Below are positions 12,982 through 28,292 of a stretch of 64,000 bases of DNA, piece by piece (the stretch's first letter is position 1; every line of letters begins with the position of its first letter). Under the pieces are notes generated by a model that saw only the letters and a program-made list of their open reading frames with translations, was not told the origin of the DNA and did not search any database. This DNA comes from Octopus vulgaris (taxonomy: Eukaryota): NCBI GenBank assembly GCA_951406725.2, contig OX597836.1, positions 11,904,001 through 11,968,000 of the forward strand, read 5' to 3'. The position numbers were made by a program, and so were the translations under genes.

Positions 12982-13232
12982 GTAGTTTTATATTAAAGCA
13001 GTTTGTCTGAGTCAATTCCTGACTATGTATGCTTTGCAGGCGACATTAATCATTTCAGAACTGATAAACTTTCAATGGCAGTTTAAGCGGTTTACTTACG
13101 TTTATATGTACGTATGTATGTATGTATGTATGTATGTATGTATGTATGTATGTGTGTGTGTGTATGTATGTATGTGTGTATGTATGTATGTATGTATGTA
13201 TGTATGTATGTATGTATGTATGTGTGTGCGTG

Positions 13233-13265
<33 letters not shown>

Positions 13266-13343
13266 TATATAAACACACTCTCATTCACACACAAGCACAT
13301 ATATATATGTATATATGAATAAATAAATACACTCATCTATTTA

Positions 13344-13397
<54 letters not shown>

Positions 13398-13406
13398 TAC
13401 ATATAC

Positions 13407-13465
<59 letters not shown>

Positions 13466-13705
13466 TGTGTGTTCATGTTATATGGCGTTGTTGGTTACAG
13501 GTTACCAAACCAGTTACTAACTGGTTCATTATATACCGACGACAAAATTGACACGGAACTGTCTGTAACCCGCTGCAGAACAAATATTGCAAGAGACTTA
13601 ATCCTAGGGAGACTGGTTTTCTAGTATTGTCGGTGATGTTAACGTCTTTTGCCGATATACACTGGGGAAGAATATGCACTTATGTGCACGCATGCACACA
13701 TGCAT

Positions 13706-14103
13706 TGTTGGCATCCTTTTGTCTCGGGAGACAATGGAGTTGCGCATAAACTAACCCAGTCTGGTTTTTACGTTTCATGTCCTCTCCAGTTTCCTCTCCA
13801 GTTTTGCGCAGGCCTGGGCTAGATGTAAGAAAATCCTGGGTAGCACAATCGTCAGGATTCCTCTCTCGACCTTGCTGACGTAGTCCAAAGGAGTGTAGAG
13901 CATTACGTTTGGCACCAGCTTGGTTGCAGGAGCCTCCGGAAGAGTGTCGAGTCGAACACTAAACCACCTACGAGGCGCCACTCCGGACTTCTTTGAAGGT
14001 TGTCTCCTTTCTGTAACCCTGAATAGGGGCCAATACCGGATACTGTCAGCCGGAACCAGATGAGCACGGGACTCGTGTCAGGCAGGGTCGTCACTCCCTG
14101 AAG
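13706..14103 (-). mobile_element. Non-autonomous RTE-derived (bipartite) retroelement
   Basis: Minus strand has CTCCTGCAACCAAGCTGGTGCCAAACGTA (RTE 5'UTR-like, from recall) and ends TCCATTGTCTCCCGAGACAAAAGGATGCCAAC (RTE-like 3' end); no RT. Confidence 0.6.
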
Positions 14104-15395
14104 TAGTGAAGAAAATCGCTACCCATTACCTAGATACATGCATACATACATATTTACGTGAGCATTTGTAAGAGAGAAATATGCAATAGAATACATTTGC
14201 GTAACTATATATATGTATACATGCATATGTATGCATGTATATATATATGTGTGTGTCTCTGTGTGTGTGTGTCTCTGTGTGTGTGTGTCTCTGTGTGTGT
14301 GTGTCTCTGTGTGTGTGTGTCTGTGTGTGTGTGTGTGTGTGTATGTGTGTGTGTGTATGTGTGTGTGTGTGTGTGTATGTGTGTGTTATTCAAATCTGCA
14401 TTCCCGTAATTTTCGTGGACTTTAAAATGTCTGACCGTTCAGACGCTGTGTATCTACGTGGCAAGGCAGCCATTAGTTAGCTGTTATTGACTTATATAGT
14501 GAGAGCGTTCGTATTAGTCTGTGTCACATTCTAAAGTTAGTATTCAGACTACAACCAGACGACTGCTTCTAAATAAATATTGTAAGGTCTGTTTTGCATT
14601 GATGACTGTCTGCTTATGGGGAGGGGGGAGATTCACACAATAGATCAAAGTCGTCTCACTCGTTTTCTTTAGAAATTTCCAAAAAAAAATTCGAGTATAC
14701 TTCAGTAAGAATTATAAAACCGCACTATTAACTAATGCCTTAAAGTAAGCAAATAGTGAGCTCCGTTGGTGACAGTAGTATGAAAGTTTAGTGGTTTTTT
14801 AAGGAAACAAGGAGTGGTTTTTGAAGGATACAAAGATGGTAGATACGAATTTCGAGTTTGTAGGGATTTTCTTTTCGAATACGTTCCATTTTATGTTCAT
14901 TTCTTCAGTTGTAAAGTCTCTATATAAATAAAGTGTCATCTACGTAACAGGGAAAGAATATGGTTGCCGGTTAAAACTTCCTTTAAAGGTGTTGGCTGTT
15001 TGTCCCGTACAATTTCTCGACAAAAGAAGAGCGTATGAGCCTACAAACCGTTACTTTCGAATGGCAGAATACTTTTAGTGGATTTATTTCAACAGTTGCA
15101 GGTGGGTACTTTGGACAGAAGATGCACTGATGTATGTTTTTTTTTTTCTTTTTCTTGTGGCCTGCAGTGTTGAAAGCGATGTTGTCTAGACATAAATAAT
15201 TAAGCTGAACATTATGGATATTATACCTGTCTCTAAGTAATACAGACTTCATACCACCTCTTACACAAACTAACTTACACAGGAAAAATACAGTAGACAA
15301 ACATAATTCTTCATATCGTCTCTTGTATCAACGTGTTGTGGAGTGTGTAACATTCAAAATGTCCTTCTCATTCTTTAAGATAGTTCTCAGTGATA

Positions 15396-15574
15396 GGCGC
15401 AGGAGTGGCTGTGTGGTAAGTAGCTTGCTAACCAACCACATGGTTCCGGGTTCAGTCCCACTACGTGGCATCTTGGGCAAGTGTCTTCTGCTATAGCCCC
15501 GGGCCGACCAATGCCTTGTGAGTGGGTGGATTTGGTAGACGGAAACTGAAAGAAGCCTGTCGTATATTGACCTG

Positions 15575-15622
<48 letters not shown>

Positions 15623-15839
15623 TTGTGTGTCTGTGTTTGTGTGTCTGTGTTTGTCCCCCTAGCATGGCTTGACAACCGATGCTGGTGTGTTTACGTCCCC
15701 GTCACTTAGCGGTTCGGCAAAAGAGACCGATTGAATAAGTACTGGGCTTACAAAGAATAAATCGACTAAAGGCGGTGCTCCAGCATGGCCGCAGTCAAAT
15801 GACTGAAACGAGTAAAAGAGTAAAAAAGAGAGTAAAGAG
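15396..15839 (+). mobile_element. SINE family A, near full length
   Basis: Head GGCGCAGGAGTGG through GAGTAAAA tail. Confidence 0.92.
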
Positions 15840-16361
15840 TATATGAGAGTACGGAGAGGCGAGCGGCTCGGGAATTGAACTCCCGATCGCAAGGCCATGT
15901 GTTCGATACACGGGCCGACTAATTGTACGTTGTGTCCTTAATGAAAGACACTTTATTTCAAGTTATCCCAGCTCTCTCATATAAAGACAATCATTAGCAG
16001 TAAAGGGAAGATAACTATGGAACAGACTAACGTCATGTACCGGGAAGAGCCTTAAATGCTTGTTCGTTCAACACGATAAAATCAGAATTTATCCCCGGTC
16101 TAATGAACCGAAAATCTTCTAGAGATGGACTTCAACATTTTAGTGATATGTGAGAGAGAGCTGTCTCCTTCTTCTCCTAACACCGAACATTTCACACAGA
16201 GATGCCTCGTCTAAGTTAAGTTTCCGAACGCAAATCTAAAAATATCGACAGGAGTAAAATAGATCTCGATTCAAATTCGACAGCATTGTGTTGTAAACAT
16301 AGTAATGTAATTCTTCGACAATGCCGGAATTTTTATTTCCAAATACTTTCGACATACCTTT

Positions 16362-16452
<91 letters not shown>

Positions 16453-16539
16453 TCTGTGTCTGTGTCTGTGTAACTATACGTGTGCGCGTGTTTAAGAGAC
16501 AAAGAGAGGAGACCAAGAGTTACACAGATATAAAGCATA

Positions 16540-16920
16540 TATCTATCTATATCCATCCATCCATCCATCCATCATCTATCTATCTATCTATCTATGTATC
16601 TACCTATCTACCTGTCTGTCTGTCTATCTTTCCATTTCTCTATCTATCTATCTATCTAAATCTATTTTTATATTTATCTATCTATATCTACCTATCTATC
16701 TATATCTATATCTATATCTATCTATCTATTTATATATCTATCTATCTATCTAAATCTGTTTTTCTATTTATCTATCTATATCTACCTATCTATCTATATC
16801 TATATCTATCTATCTATTTATATATCTGTCTATCAATCTCTCTATATAAATCTATTTTTCTATTTATCTATCTATACCTACCTATCTATATCTATATCTA
16901 ACTATCTATTTATCTATCTA
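16540..16920. repeat. Degenerate (TATC)n tract
   Basis: Direct reading. Confidence 0.9.
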
Positions 16921-16934
16921 ACTGTATATATATA

Positions 16935-17100
16935 ACCACATGTGAATCGTTGGCGATTTTTTTCCTCCGTCTTCCCTTCTATTGGACTTTCCTCTGTTTT
17001 CGAAGAAGAGCGTCTGCTCGAAACGTTAAGCCATCTTTCTTTCCTTCCCTGAGCGTCTGCTAATACTTTGAATGTACCATGCCGTCGTGTTGGGCTTTTG
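16935..17100 (+). mobile_element. Short hammerhead-bearing element (PLE pLTR-like)
   Basis: GTTT-TCGAAGA-A-GAGC-gtct-GCTC-GAAA-CG-TT-AAGC at 16996-17031; homologous to 63381-63485. Confidence 0.65.
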
Positions 17101-17103
17101 TGC

Positions 17104-17369
17104 TTGAACTCAGATCGTAACGGCAGACGAAATACCTATTTCTTTATTACCCACAAGGGGCTAAACACAGAGGGAACAAACATGGACAGACATAGGTATT
17201 AAGTCGATTATATCGACCCCAGTGCGTAACTGGTACTTAATTTATCGACCCCGGAAGGATGAACGGCAAAGTCGACCTCGGTGGAATTTGAACTCAGAAC
17301 GTAACGGCAGACGACATACCGCTAAGCATTTCGCCCGGCGTGCTAACGTTTCTGCCAGCTCGCCGCCTT
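17104..17369 (-). mobile_element. SINE family C (Meta/MESC-like central domain) plus start of a second unit
   Basis: AAGGCGGCGAGCTGGCAGAA head, GTTCAAATTCC B-box-like, GGTCGACTTTGCC.TTCATCC domain. Confidence 0.88.
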
Positions 17370-17529
17370 ATATATTGGTTTGTATTGCACGAAACAGCGA
17401 GGTTTCTTTCTCTAACATTTCACATGTTCAACCAATACGAGTGAATTGTGTGAAAAACAAAATAGGAATTTTGAAAGATATAACTAGTTTTTAAAACGTT
17501 GAATGGTTACAGGGATCCGCCAGAATAAA

Positions 17530-17852
17530 GGAGCACTCCGTCGGTTGCGACGACGAGGGTCCCGGCTTATACGATCAACGGAACAGCTTGCTCGTGAAAT
17601 TAACGTGCAAGTGACTGAGCAATCCACAGGCATGTGTACCCCTAACGTAGTTCTCAGGGAGTTCAGCATGACACAGAGTGTGAGAAGGCTGACCCTTTGA
17701 AATACAGGTACTACTCATTTTTGCCAGCTGAGTGGACTGGAGCAACGTGAAATAAAGTGTCTTGCTCAAGGACACAACGCGTCGCCGGGAATCGAACTCA
17801 CGCCCTTGCAATCGTGAGCCGAATACCCCTAACCACTAAGCCACGCGCCTTC
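17530..17852 (-). mobile_element. tRNA-derived SINE: variant head and body with family B 3' tail
   Basis: A box TGGCTTAGTGG, B box GTTCGATTCCC; tail ...GCAACCGACGGAGTGCTCC shared with 32568-32956. Confidence 0.88.
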
Positions 17853-17949
17853 AGTTCGCTAGAATAAAATAGTAATGAAAGAGGCCCATGGATAAGAAGC
17901 AAAAAATAGTTGAGAACCCCTGCTGTAGTTGAAGACATTTGCCCAAGGT

Positions 17950-18584
17950 GTCACGCGGTGGGACTGAACCTGGTATCTATGTGGTTGGGAAGCAAAAGTC
18001 GAAGTGGTCACGAGTGGAACCTTTTGCTCGCAAGTGTACTGAGTCATGCAGTGGGATTGAACCTGGTATCTTTGTGGTTGGGAAGCAACAGACGAAGTGG
18101 TCACGAGTGGAACCTTTTGCTCGCAAATGTACTAAGTCACGCAGTGGGATTGAATCTGGTATCTTTGACGAAGTGGTCACGGGTGGAACCTTTTGCTCGC
18201 AAATGTACTGAGTCACACAGTGGGATTGAACCTGGTATCTTTGTGGTTGGGAAGCAACAGACGAAGTGGTCACGGGTGGAACCTTTTGCTCGCAAATGTA
18301 CTGAGTCACGCAGTGGGACTGAACCTGGTGTCTATGTGGTTGGGAAGCAACAGACGAAGTGGTCACGAGTGGAACCTTTTGCTCGCAAATGTACTGAGTC
18401 ACACAGTGGGATTGAACCTGGTATCTTTGTGGTTGGGAAGCAACAGACGAAGTGGTCACGGGTGGAACCTTTTGCTCGCAAATGTACTGAGTCACACAGT
18501 GGGATTGAACCTGGTATCTTTGTGGTTGGGAAGCAACAGACGAAGTGGTCACGAGTGGAACCTTTTGCTCGCAAGTCTACTGAA
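17950..18584. repeat. Minisatellite, ~7 x 93 bp, half derived from SINE A head
   Basis: Unit GTCACGCAGTGGGA(C/T)TGAACCTGG...GCTCGCAAATGTACTGA; one unit shortened by a deletion. Confidence 0.93.
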
Positions 18585-19167
18585 TCAAGAAGTCTTGCAC
18601 ACCATCACCACCACCACCATCAATCACTACCACCATCAATCACCACCTCTACCAACACCACCACCATCACCACCACCGCCGCCGCCTCCGCCGCACCTAT
18701 GACCAGTAAAGAAATGTTCCTATCTCGTCATTTGGAAACGCTTCTTACAAGTTATGTCTGCTGCGGCGGCATCGCCAAATATTTGGAATATTTTCTACAC
18801 CGGGAGTAAATATATTTCTGTGGTTCTTTGCGGTTCTTTGAAAATATTTCTATATATCAGCAATATTTTGTAAGTCCATCGACGGTGTTTGTATATACAT
18901 AACATCGATAAGGAACAAGTAAGATGGAAGACGTATATAAATATATAAAATAAATAAATATATACAATACAGCTACATTGATATGTTAATAAAGTACGTC
19001 CCGCGAGTGGTGATGAAACTGAGAAGACACGCTGGTGTAAACATCTATAGAGATAAATGTGTTTGGTCGTGTGCAGAATAATAGGTGAGTGAGTATATAG
19101 GCGTGTGTGTATCTGTGTGTGTGTGTGTGTGTATGTGTGTGTGTGTGTGCGTGTGCGTACAAATATA

Positions 19168-19215
<48 letters not shown>

Positions 19216-19386
19216 TATATATATTAATGCATATATATATATAAATATATATATGTATACACATGTGTATATATACATGTACATATATGTATATATATAT
19301 ATATATATATATTTTACAATATATGTGCGCGTGTGTTTGTATGTATATGTGTGCGTGCGTGAGTATGTATGTATACGTATCTCTCC

Positions 19387-19439
<53 letters not shown>

Positions 19440-19562
19440 CATATATATATATATACATATATATATGTATATATATATATGTATATATATACATATATAA
19501 ATATACATATATATATGTATATATATACATATATATATACATATATATATATATATGTATAC

Positions 19563-19597
<35 letters not shown>

Positions 19598-20836
19598 TAT
19601 ATACATGTATATGTACATATATATATATAAGTATATGTACGTATATACGTACATATACATATGTATATTTATAAGTATACATACACACACATAAAGACCT
19701 AAACATGTGTACATAAGTAGATATATGTGTGTGTGTATGTGTGTATATGCATATGTGTGTGTGAATATATCTATGTATGCGTGTGTTTGCGTGTGTGTGC
19801 GTGTATGTGCGTGCCAGTGTTTATGTCTTAGCACTAAAGAGCTAAAGTGTACAATACAAACTCTGGTGGAATAATCTCTTTTACACACACGCATACTCCC
19901 ACAAAACATACAGCACCCCCTTCGTATAGCTTGTGAAGCATCTTACGTCATCTGATAACGTTCTTTTGCACTGTGCATTGCATCAGGTGCTATTACATCG
20001 TTCCACGCCCACTTTGGTGCAGTGGAAAATGAAGCCGAAACGATTGTTGTGCTAATAAATGCTTCTAGTTACACTCCGTCTTACGTATTTTATCATTTAG
20101 AAATATACCCTACGTGCATCTCGGAATTCCGGACGTAGATCCAACGACAAACGCACAGCATCGCTGATGACGCCAGGTACCCATAAGTGGGGAACGTGCT
20201 CTGCACCTCTCTGGGACTTAGCCTGAAACAAGGTTTCGATACTGCATTTAACGCTTGCTTTCTAAACCTTAATTCTTTAATTCTAAATTTGACTTTGTAT
20301 AAATATATAGGGAGAGAGAGAGAGAGTGGGAGGGAGAGGTGGAAGAGAGGAGCAGTAACTTATACATGAATCTGATATATACGCATACATGTGTGTAGCA
20401 AATGCACGCACACATACTCATATGTGTGTGTCTGAGAATGTGAGTAATGTTTGTAAAAAGAGAAAGGAAAAAGATTGTAGGGTAAAGGAAATAGGTTTCA
20501 TGAAGGCTCATAGTTAGTTCTTGTTTACAGCCAGGTTTTTCACGTAAACCTGTCTGTTTTTTTTTTTTTGTCTACACCCGCTGAAGAGGCGAGTAAGCTT
20601 CGAAAACATCATGATACCCCGGAATGTAACTTTAACCGTATATACAAGCGCAAGTTCGAAATCAATACTATTCGTTGATTTATTTCATATAGACATTGGT
20701 CATAGTCCTCAAATAACCTCTAATCTGTTTGTTGACCATCCCCAGGGAACAACATCGCTTGTGTGTGTATCGCCATTTTCGGCTGTTTGCAGTCGCTGTC
20801 AGTATGTATGCATACAATTGTTGACACAGCGACATA

Positions 20837-20958
<122 letters not shown>

Positions 20959-21534
20959 TATATACATACATATATATATATATATACATATATATATACA
21001 CATACATATATTTATAAATATGTATGTATGTATATGTATATATATATATGTGTGTGTGTGTGTGTTAGTGGTGATGGCGGTGGTGGTAGCTGTGGTGATA
21101 ATGGTGATGGTGGTGATGATGGCGGTGGTGGGCACACGCACTCACAGGTATATATATTTCTTATTTTATTATTTTTCTTTATTACTTTCTTCTCCTTATT
21201 CTCTCTATTTCCTCTTTTTCTTCCTTCCCTGTTTCTTTATTCCTCTCTTCCTGCTTTCGATTTGACCCTACTAATACACTCCCCAGTTTTAGGTCACTTT
21301 AATAAAACCCTCAATTCAATAACACTGTGTATAAACTCTATACTTGGAATGACCAATTTTAAATACTATTAGATTTTACTGATAAGGTATTGGAATCCTA
21401 TATGTATACCATTCTGCCTTAAAAAAATTCAATATCCCTACATATCTCACATCTATTTTCTTTTCTTTCCTCCACCTCACTCTCTATTTTATATCTTCTC
21501 TAAATTAACTATTCCTTAACCATCCTCTCACACC

Positions 21535-21582
21535 GTCTCAGATGAAGGGATATAATAAATATCCTCGAAACAGCTGTAAGAC
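21535..21582 (+). ncRNA. Type I hammerhead-like motif, near canonical
   Basis: GTCT-CAGATGA-A-GGGATAT-aataa-ATATCCT-C-GAAA-CAGCTG-TA-AGAC; helix I GTCT/AGAC; palindromic ACAGCTGT. Confidence 0.7.
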
Positions 21583-21665
21583 CTTCTATCTATAAATGTT
21601 CTAAGATTTACACAGCCTTGTTTCTTTATCTCATTACAAAAAAAAATGTACATATATATATATAT

Positions 21666-21698
<33 letters not shown>

Positions 21699-21701
21699 TA
21701 C

Positions 21702-21769
<68 letters not shown>

Positions 21770-21771
<2 letters not shown>

Positions 21772-21934
21772 GACAGGCCTCTTTCGGTCTCCGTCTATCT
21801 AATTCACACGCACGGGTTTGGTTGACCCTGGGTTATAGTAGAATAAACTTTCACAAGATTCCACGAAGTGGGACTGAACTCAAGACCACACGGTTCAGAA
21901 GCAAACCTCTTAACTACACATCCAGGCTTCCACC
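21770..21934 (-). mobile_element. Diverged SINE family A 5' half
   Basis: GTGGGACTGAAC and TCCGTCTA motifs in order. Confidence 0.7.
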
Positions 21935-22029
21935 TTTATTTATTTATTTATTTATTTATTTATTCATTTATTCATTTTGATTATTCATTCCTAAGCTATT
22001 CCAATTTCTGATCTTAAGTAATCACTCAA

Positions 22030-22091
<62 letters not shown>

Positions 22092-22163
22092 GCGTAAGTA
22101 CGTTGCCCCATCATAGCAGCAGCCTCACGGCTGAAACACATATGAGTATTTAGGAATACGTAC

Positions 22164-22338
<175 letters not shown>

Positions 22339-22467
22339 CGTATATATATATATATACATATATAAATACACATATATGTATTTATAAATATGTATGTATG
22401 TATGAATGTATAGATAGATAGATATGCATGCATCCATATATGCATGCATCCATATATGCATGCATGC

Positions 22468-22513
<46 letters not shown>

Positions 22514-22841
22514 ATTTCCTAAATAAGATATGATTACGAAATTACATAATATCATTATTCAGTCACAATTTTGATATAACGTAAAATATTTGACGTAAAT
22601 ATCATTAGTAAATTGATATCGTTCTCATAACGCCTATCAGTATCACAGGAAATCCAGTGACATGTAAAGTGTAAGCTCTCTCTAATGAGATTTCAGCATT
22701 AGTTTCTTTCGCTGAATATCGTCAGACTTAACTATCGTATGAATGAACGTCAATAGAAGACAAATTTATTTAATCCTTAAACATTTCATGTCTCGTTCAC
22801 TGAATGGTAAGACACCAGATGGAAAGCTGTGAAGCTCATTA

Positions 22842-23925
<1,084 letters not shown>

Positions 23926-24239
23926 AAAGGAAATTATATAACAACTCGGATCAAAATCAAACTCTTTGTTATAAAAAAAAAGAAAAACCTTAACAGAACG
24001 AGATTAAAAGCTTCTTTCACAGATTTTAAAGGATAAGTCACAAAATGACTGACACAAAGCGGGGGAACGAATATGGTTGTCTTAAACAAATCCTTAGCAG
24101 CAGGCATTCCGGGGCCATATTACATAAGGGATCACAAACTAATTCCTGGTGATTGGCAGAGAATTCAAAGAATGGAATTATGCAATAGTCTGAATTATAA
24201 GCAATAGACATGATTTCTTCTTATCAGATATTTATCTTT

Positions 24240-24500
24240 ATCTTTCGATTCCTTTATATCATTCGACTGCGGCCATGCTGGGGCACCGCATTGAAGTATT
24301 TTTTAGTTGGAGGAATCGATGCCAGTACTTTTCATTCTTTTTTTTCTCTTTTTTCTTTTATTTAGTATTATTATTATTATTTTTAGGGTTTGAGTTTGTT
24401 CACTTATTCGATCGGTCGCTTTTTGTCGAACTGCCAAGTCACAGAGACGAAAAGACACCCTGACGCTGGAGTGTTGGGGGACAAACATAAGCAGACAAAA
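24240..24500 (-). mobile_element. Diverged SINE family A 3' half
   Basis: GACTGCGGCCATGCTGGGGCACCGC...GGGGACAAACA. Confidence 0.7.
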
Positions 24501-24726
24501 CACACATACATACACACACGCAGAGGCACGCACATATACATACATACATGCATGCATGCATGCATACATGCATACATACATGCATGCATGCATGCATGCA
24601 TACATGCATACATACATATAAACATGCATACATACATGCATGCATGCATAACACATACATACATGCATGCATGCATACATACATGCATGCATACATATAT
24701 ACATACATACACACATACATACATAC

Positions 24727-24757
<31 letters not shown>

Positions 24758-24767
24758 TACATACATA

Positions 24768-24992
24768 CACACAACTTTCTCTCACTCTTACTTCCTGTTT
24801 CTGTTGTACCTGTATTTCAAAGGGGTGAGCCTTATCACTCTCTGTGTCACGCTGAATATCCCCGAGAACTACGTTAAGGGTACACGTGTCTGTGGAGTGC
24901 TCAGCCACTTACACGTTAATTTCACGAGCAGGCTGTTCCGTTGATTCGGATCAACCGGAACCCTCGTCATCGTAACCGACGGAGTGCTTCCA
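24768..24992 (+). mobile_element. SINE family B 3' half
   Basis: Matches 32733-32953. Confidence 0.9.
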
Positions 24993-25049
24993 ACAACCTT
25001 CTTCAGGCGCTTGAGTTTGGGGAAGTGTGGGAAGATGAATGGAGGACAT

Positions 25050-25382
25050 GTAGGAAGATGAAGCGTCGCTGTCACTAGTGATCAATCCAAACACCATGAT
25101 GCTGACTGGATGTTTGATTTTTATCACTCTCGGTACAGGTCCTCAGATTGCCACCCGAACACTCTGAAATGTTCGAATTGGAGTTTCCGGCACGAATGCC
25201 AAGCAGTACAGCATGTCCTTCCCATATTTCTGGCATTGTGAATTGCGTTATGATGATGCTGTTTTTCTCACAGACGGTGCCCAACTGACCCTACTATACT
25301 GTGTGGTCGACAAAATTAAAAGCAAACAATGCGCATGCGCAAAATTAAAAATATAATGTGGCAATTTATCCATCGCACCCTG
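25050..25382 (-). mobile_element. Tc1/mariner left end with transposase N-terminus fragment
   Basis: TA|CAGGGTGCGATGGATAAATTG TIR on minus strand, then MPEIW..HAVLLGIRAG.SN.NISEC.G.NLRT (HTH-like). Confidence 0.78.
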
Positions 25383-25419
25383 TATGCATATACATATATA
25401 TATATATAACATAAATAAC

Positions 25420-25916
25420 TTAGATCAGTTTCGACCAAAGATTGGTTCAGGCCATGTCTAACTTAATAGGCACCAACTGATAGCATTAGCTAAATCCTTT
25501 TTAAGTTTAAGTCAAGTTTTTGGTATTATGGTCCATTCGAGTAGGGATCTCTTGTTGAATGAGCTGTATTCCGGTATAAGTGGCTTATCTGGTGTTCCTT
25601 GAAGAAATTTGCTGAGATTCTGTTTAAAGGTGATGGGATCCTTTTCCTCTTTGATCTGTTTCAGTACAATGTTAAATGGGGCAGGGCCTGTTGAGGAAAA
25701 GAAATTGAGTTACAGTGAATTTATATGTTGTGATCCTGAATTGGGTAAGGGACGTATAGCTCCTGGTCCTAGCCTTGAGTGACTTCTGAAATTAATGTTG
25801 AGGCCGTTTGGGCAATGATGGTGGTATATTCTCCACATCATGCAAATGATGTATCACTCACAGTAGCGATGGAGAAAATAGAGTTTCAATGCTTTAAGGC
25901 GGTCCCAGTAATCGAG
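25420..25916 (-). pseudogene. CR1-clade LINE ORF2 C-terminus and 3' end, 5'-truncated
   Basis: Hand translation LDYWDRLKALKLY...YIICMMWRI...GPAPFNIV.KQIKEEKDPITFKQNLSKFLQ.TPDKP...NKRSLLEW*, with 2 internal stops. Confidence 0.85.
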
Positions 25917-25919
25917 ATC

Positions 25920-26192
25920 GGTCTAGTCCGGACTGGACTTGATCGGACTGGACTAGACCGGACTGGATAAGACCGGACTGGATAAGACCGGACTGAACTA
26001 GGCCGGACTGGACTAGACCGGACTGGACTAGACCGGACTGGACTAAACCGGACTGGATAAGACTGGAGTGGACTAGACCGGACTGGACAAGTCCGGACTG
26101 GACTAGACCGGACTGGACTAGACTGGACTGGACTAAACCGGACTGGACTAGACCGGAGTGGACTAGTCTGCACTGGATTGAACTGGACTGGA
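25920..26192. repeat. (GGACT)-based 15-mer minisatellite GGACTGGACTAGACC
   Basis: Direct reading, ~18 units. Confidence 0.95.
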
Positions 26193-26595
26193 TAATCTGT
26201 TCCCTTCAAATTATGCATAGGAGAGTTTATTCAATATTGTTGCAACTGAGAAATATGTATGAATATACAGGTTTTACTGAAGTCTCAGGGAAATACTACG
26301 TAGAAGGAATTTTGTGAGAAAATGTCAGACTTGAGGGATGAACATAAAAATAGATAGATTGGTGAACGGGTGGATGGGTGGATAGACGGATGGATGGATG
26401 GATGGATGGGGGAAAGGGTGGATGGATGAATGGACGGATGGATGGGTGGATGGGTGGATTTTGAACGCATTTCTGAGCTGTCAAGGGAATATGTACGAGG
26501 ATTTTTCTGACAGCGGGTAGACAGACAGACAAACAGGCAGACAAGCAAATCTTGAATTCTCCGGTGGCTACAACAATTAACATTGTTGTTTAACT

Positions 26596-27033
<438 letters not shown>

Positions 27034-27677
27034 AAGCGTTCTGGAAGAAGAGAGGTGTGGAAATTAGCCCATTAGTAAAGCTGTGGAATCTTTAAGCCTG
27101 GAGGTCTTTTCACTTCTCATATTTTTAAAAGTGTCCGCCATTTTACCTTCTCTCCAGCAATTTGCAACTAATTTTCTAATTTTGTTTTTAAGGACATGTA
27201 TTTATGTGTGTGTGTGCATGATTGTGTGTGTGTATGTGCGTGTGTGTGTTTATTGTGTGTGTCTCTGTGTGTATGTGTGGTGGTGTGTGCGTTTGTGTGA
27301 GTGTGTATATGAGTGTGTGAATGTGTCTATGTGGGTGTATGTGAGTGTGTGCGTATGTGCATGTATGTATGTTTATGTGTGCGTGTGTGTATGTGTGCGT
27401 TAGTGTGTGTATGTGTGTGTATATGTGTGTGGGAATGTGTTTATGTGTGTGTATGTGATCGTGTGCGTATGAGTGTGTGCGTATGTGTGTGCATAGTATA
27501 AATCTATGTGTATATGTGTGTATGCATACATGCATGTATATGTATGTATGTATATGTGTGCGTATGTACGTCAATGCATAATATATATCTATATATATAA
27601 ATGTGTGTGCGGTGTATGTGGGGTGTATCTGTATGTGTATGTTGTCTATACATATGTAAGTGTGTATATGTGTATAT

Positions 27678-27734
<57 letters not shown>

Positions 27735-28083
27735 ATATATATTTGTATGCACATATATTTGCATGTGTAGATATATATTTGTGTGTGTATGCATATATAT
27801 ATATATATATTTATCTGTGTATGCTTATGTATATATGTACGTATGTATATATGCAAGTGTGTCTAAATGAATGCATTTGTGTGTGTGACAGACTGCGTAT
27901 ATAACCATACATACTTATATACATACACTCGAACACGGAGAACTTTACATATGTGCACGTACCCATACATATTGAACCCATCTACCTCCCTCCCCGCCTC
28001 TCTCTCTCACACATACAGACACACACCCACATACACACACACATGTATATATATATATATATATACACATATGTGTATGGTTT

Positions 28084-28127
<44 letters not shown>

Positions 28128-28191
28128 CCTACATGCTTAAATGCATATACAAATATACATGTGCGTGGGTGTATGTGAGTGTGTGTGTATC

Positions 28192-28292
<101 letters not shown>

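Noticed and set aside
17910-18809. 299-aa repeat protein, or CRISPR-like array
   Set aside because: 93-bp tandem of SINE-derived units with no unique spacers; eukaryotic context, no cas genes
20578-20612. CTGAAGAGGCGAGTAAGCTTCGAAA hammerhead-like motif
   Set aside because: Helix II only forms by consuming core bases; no helix I or III
26190-26218. MHNLKGTDY as a continuation of CR1 across the satellite
   Set aside because: Upstream frame has a stop and no CR1 similarity; DY is already present on the other side
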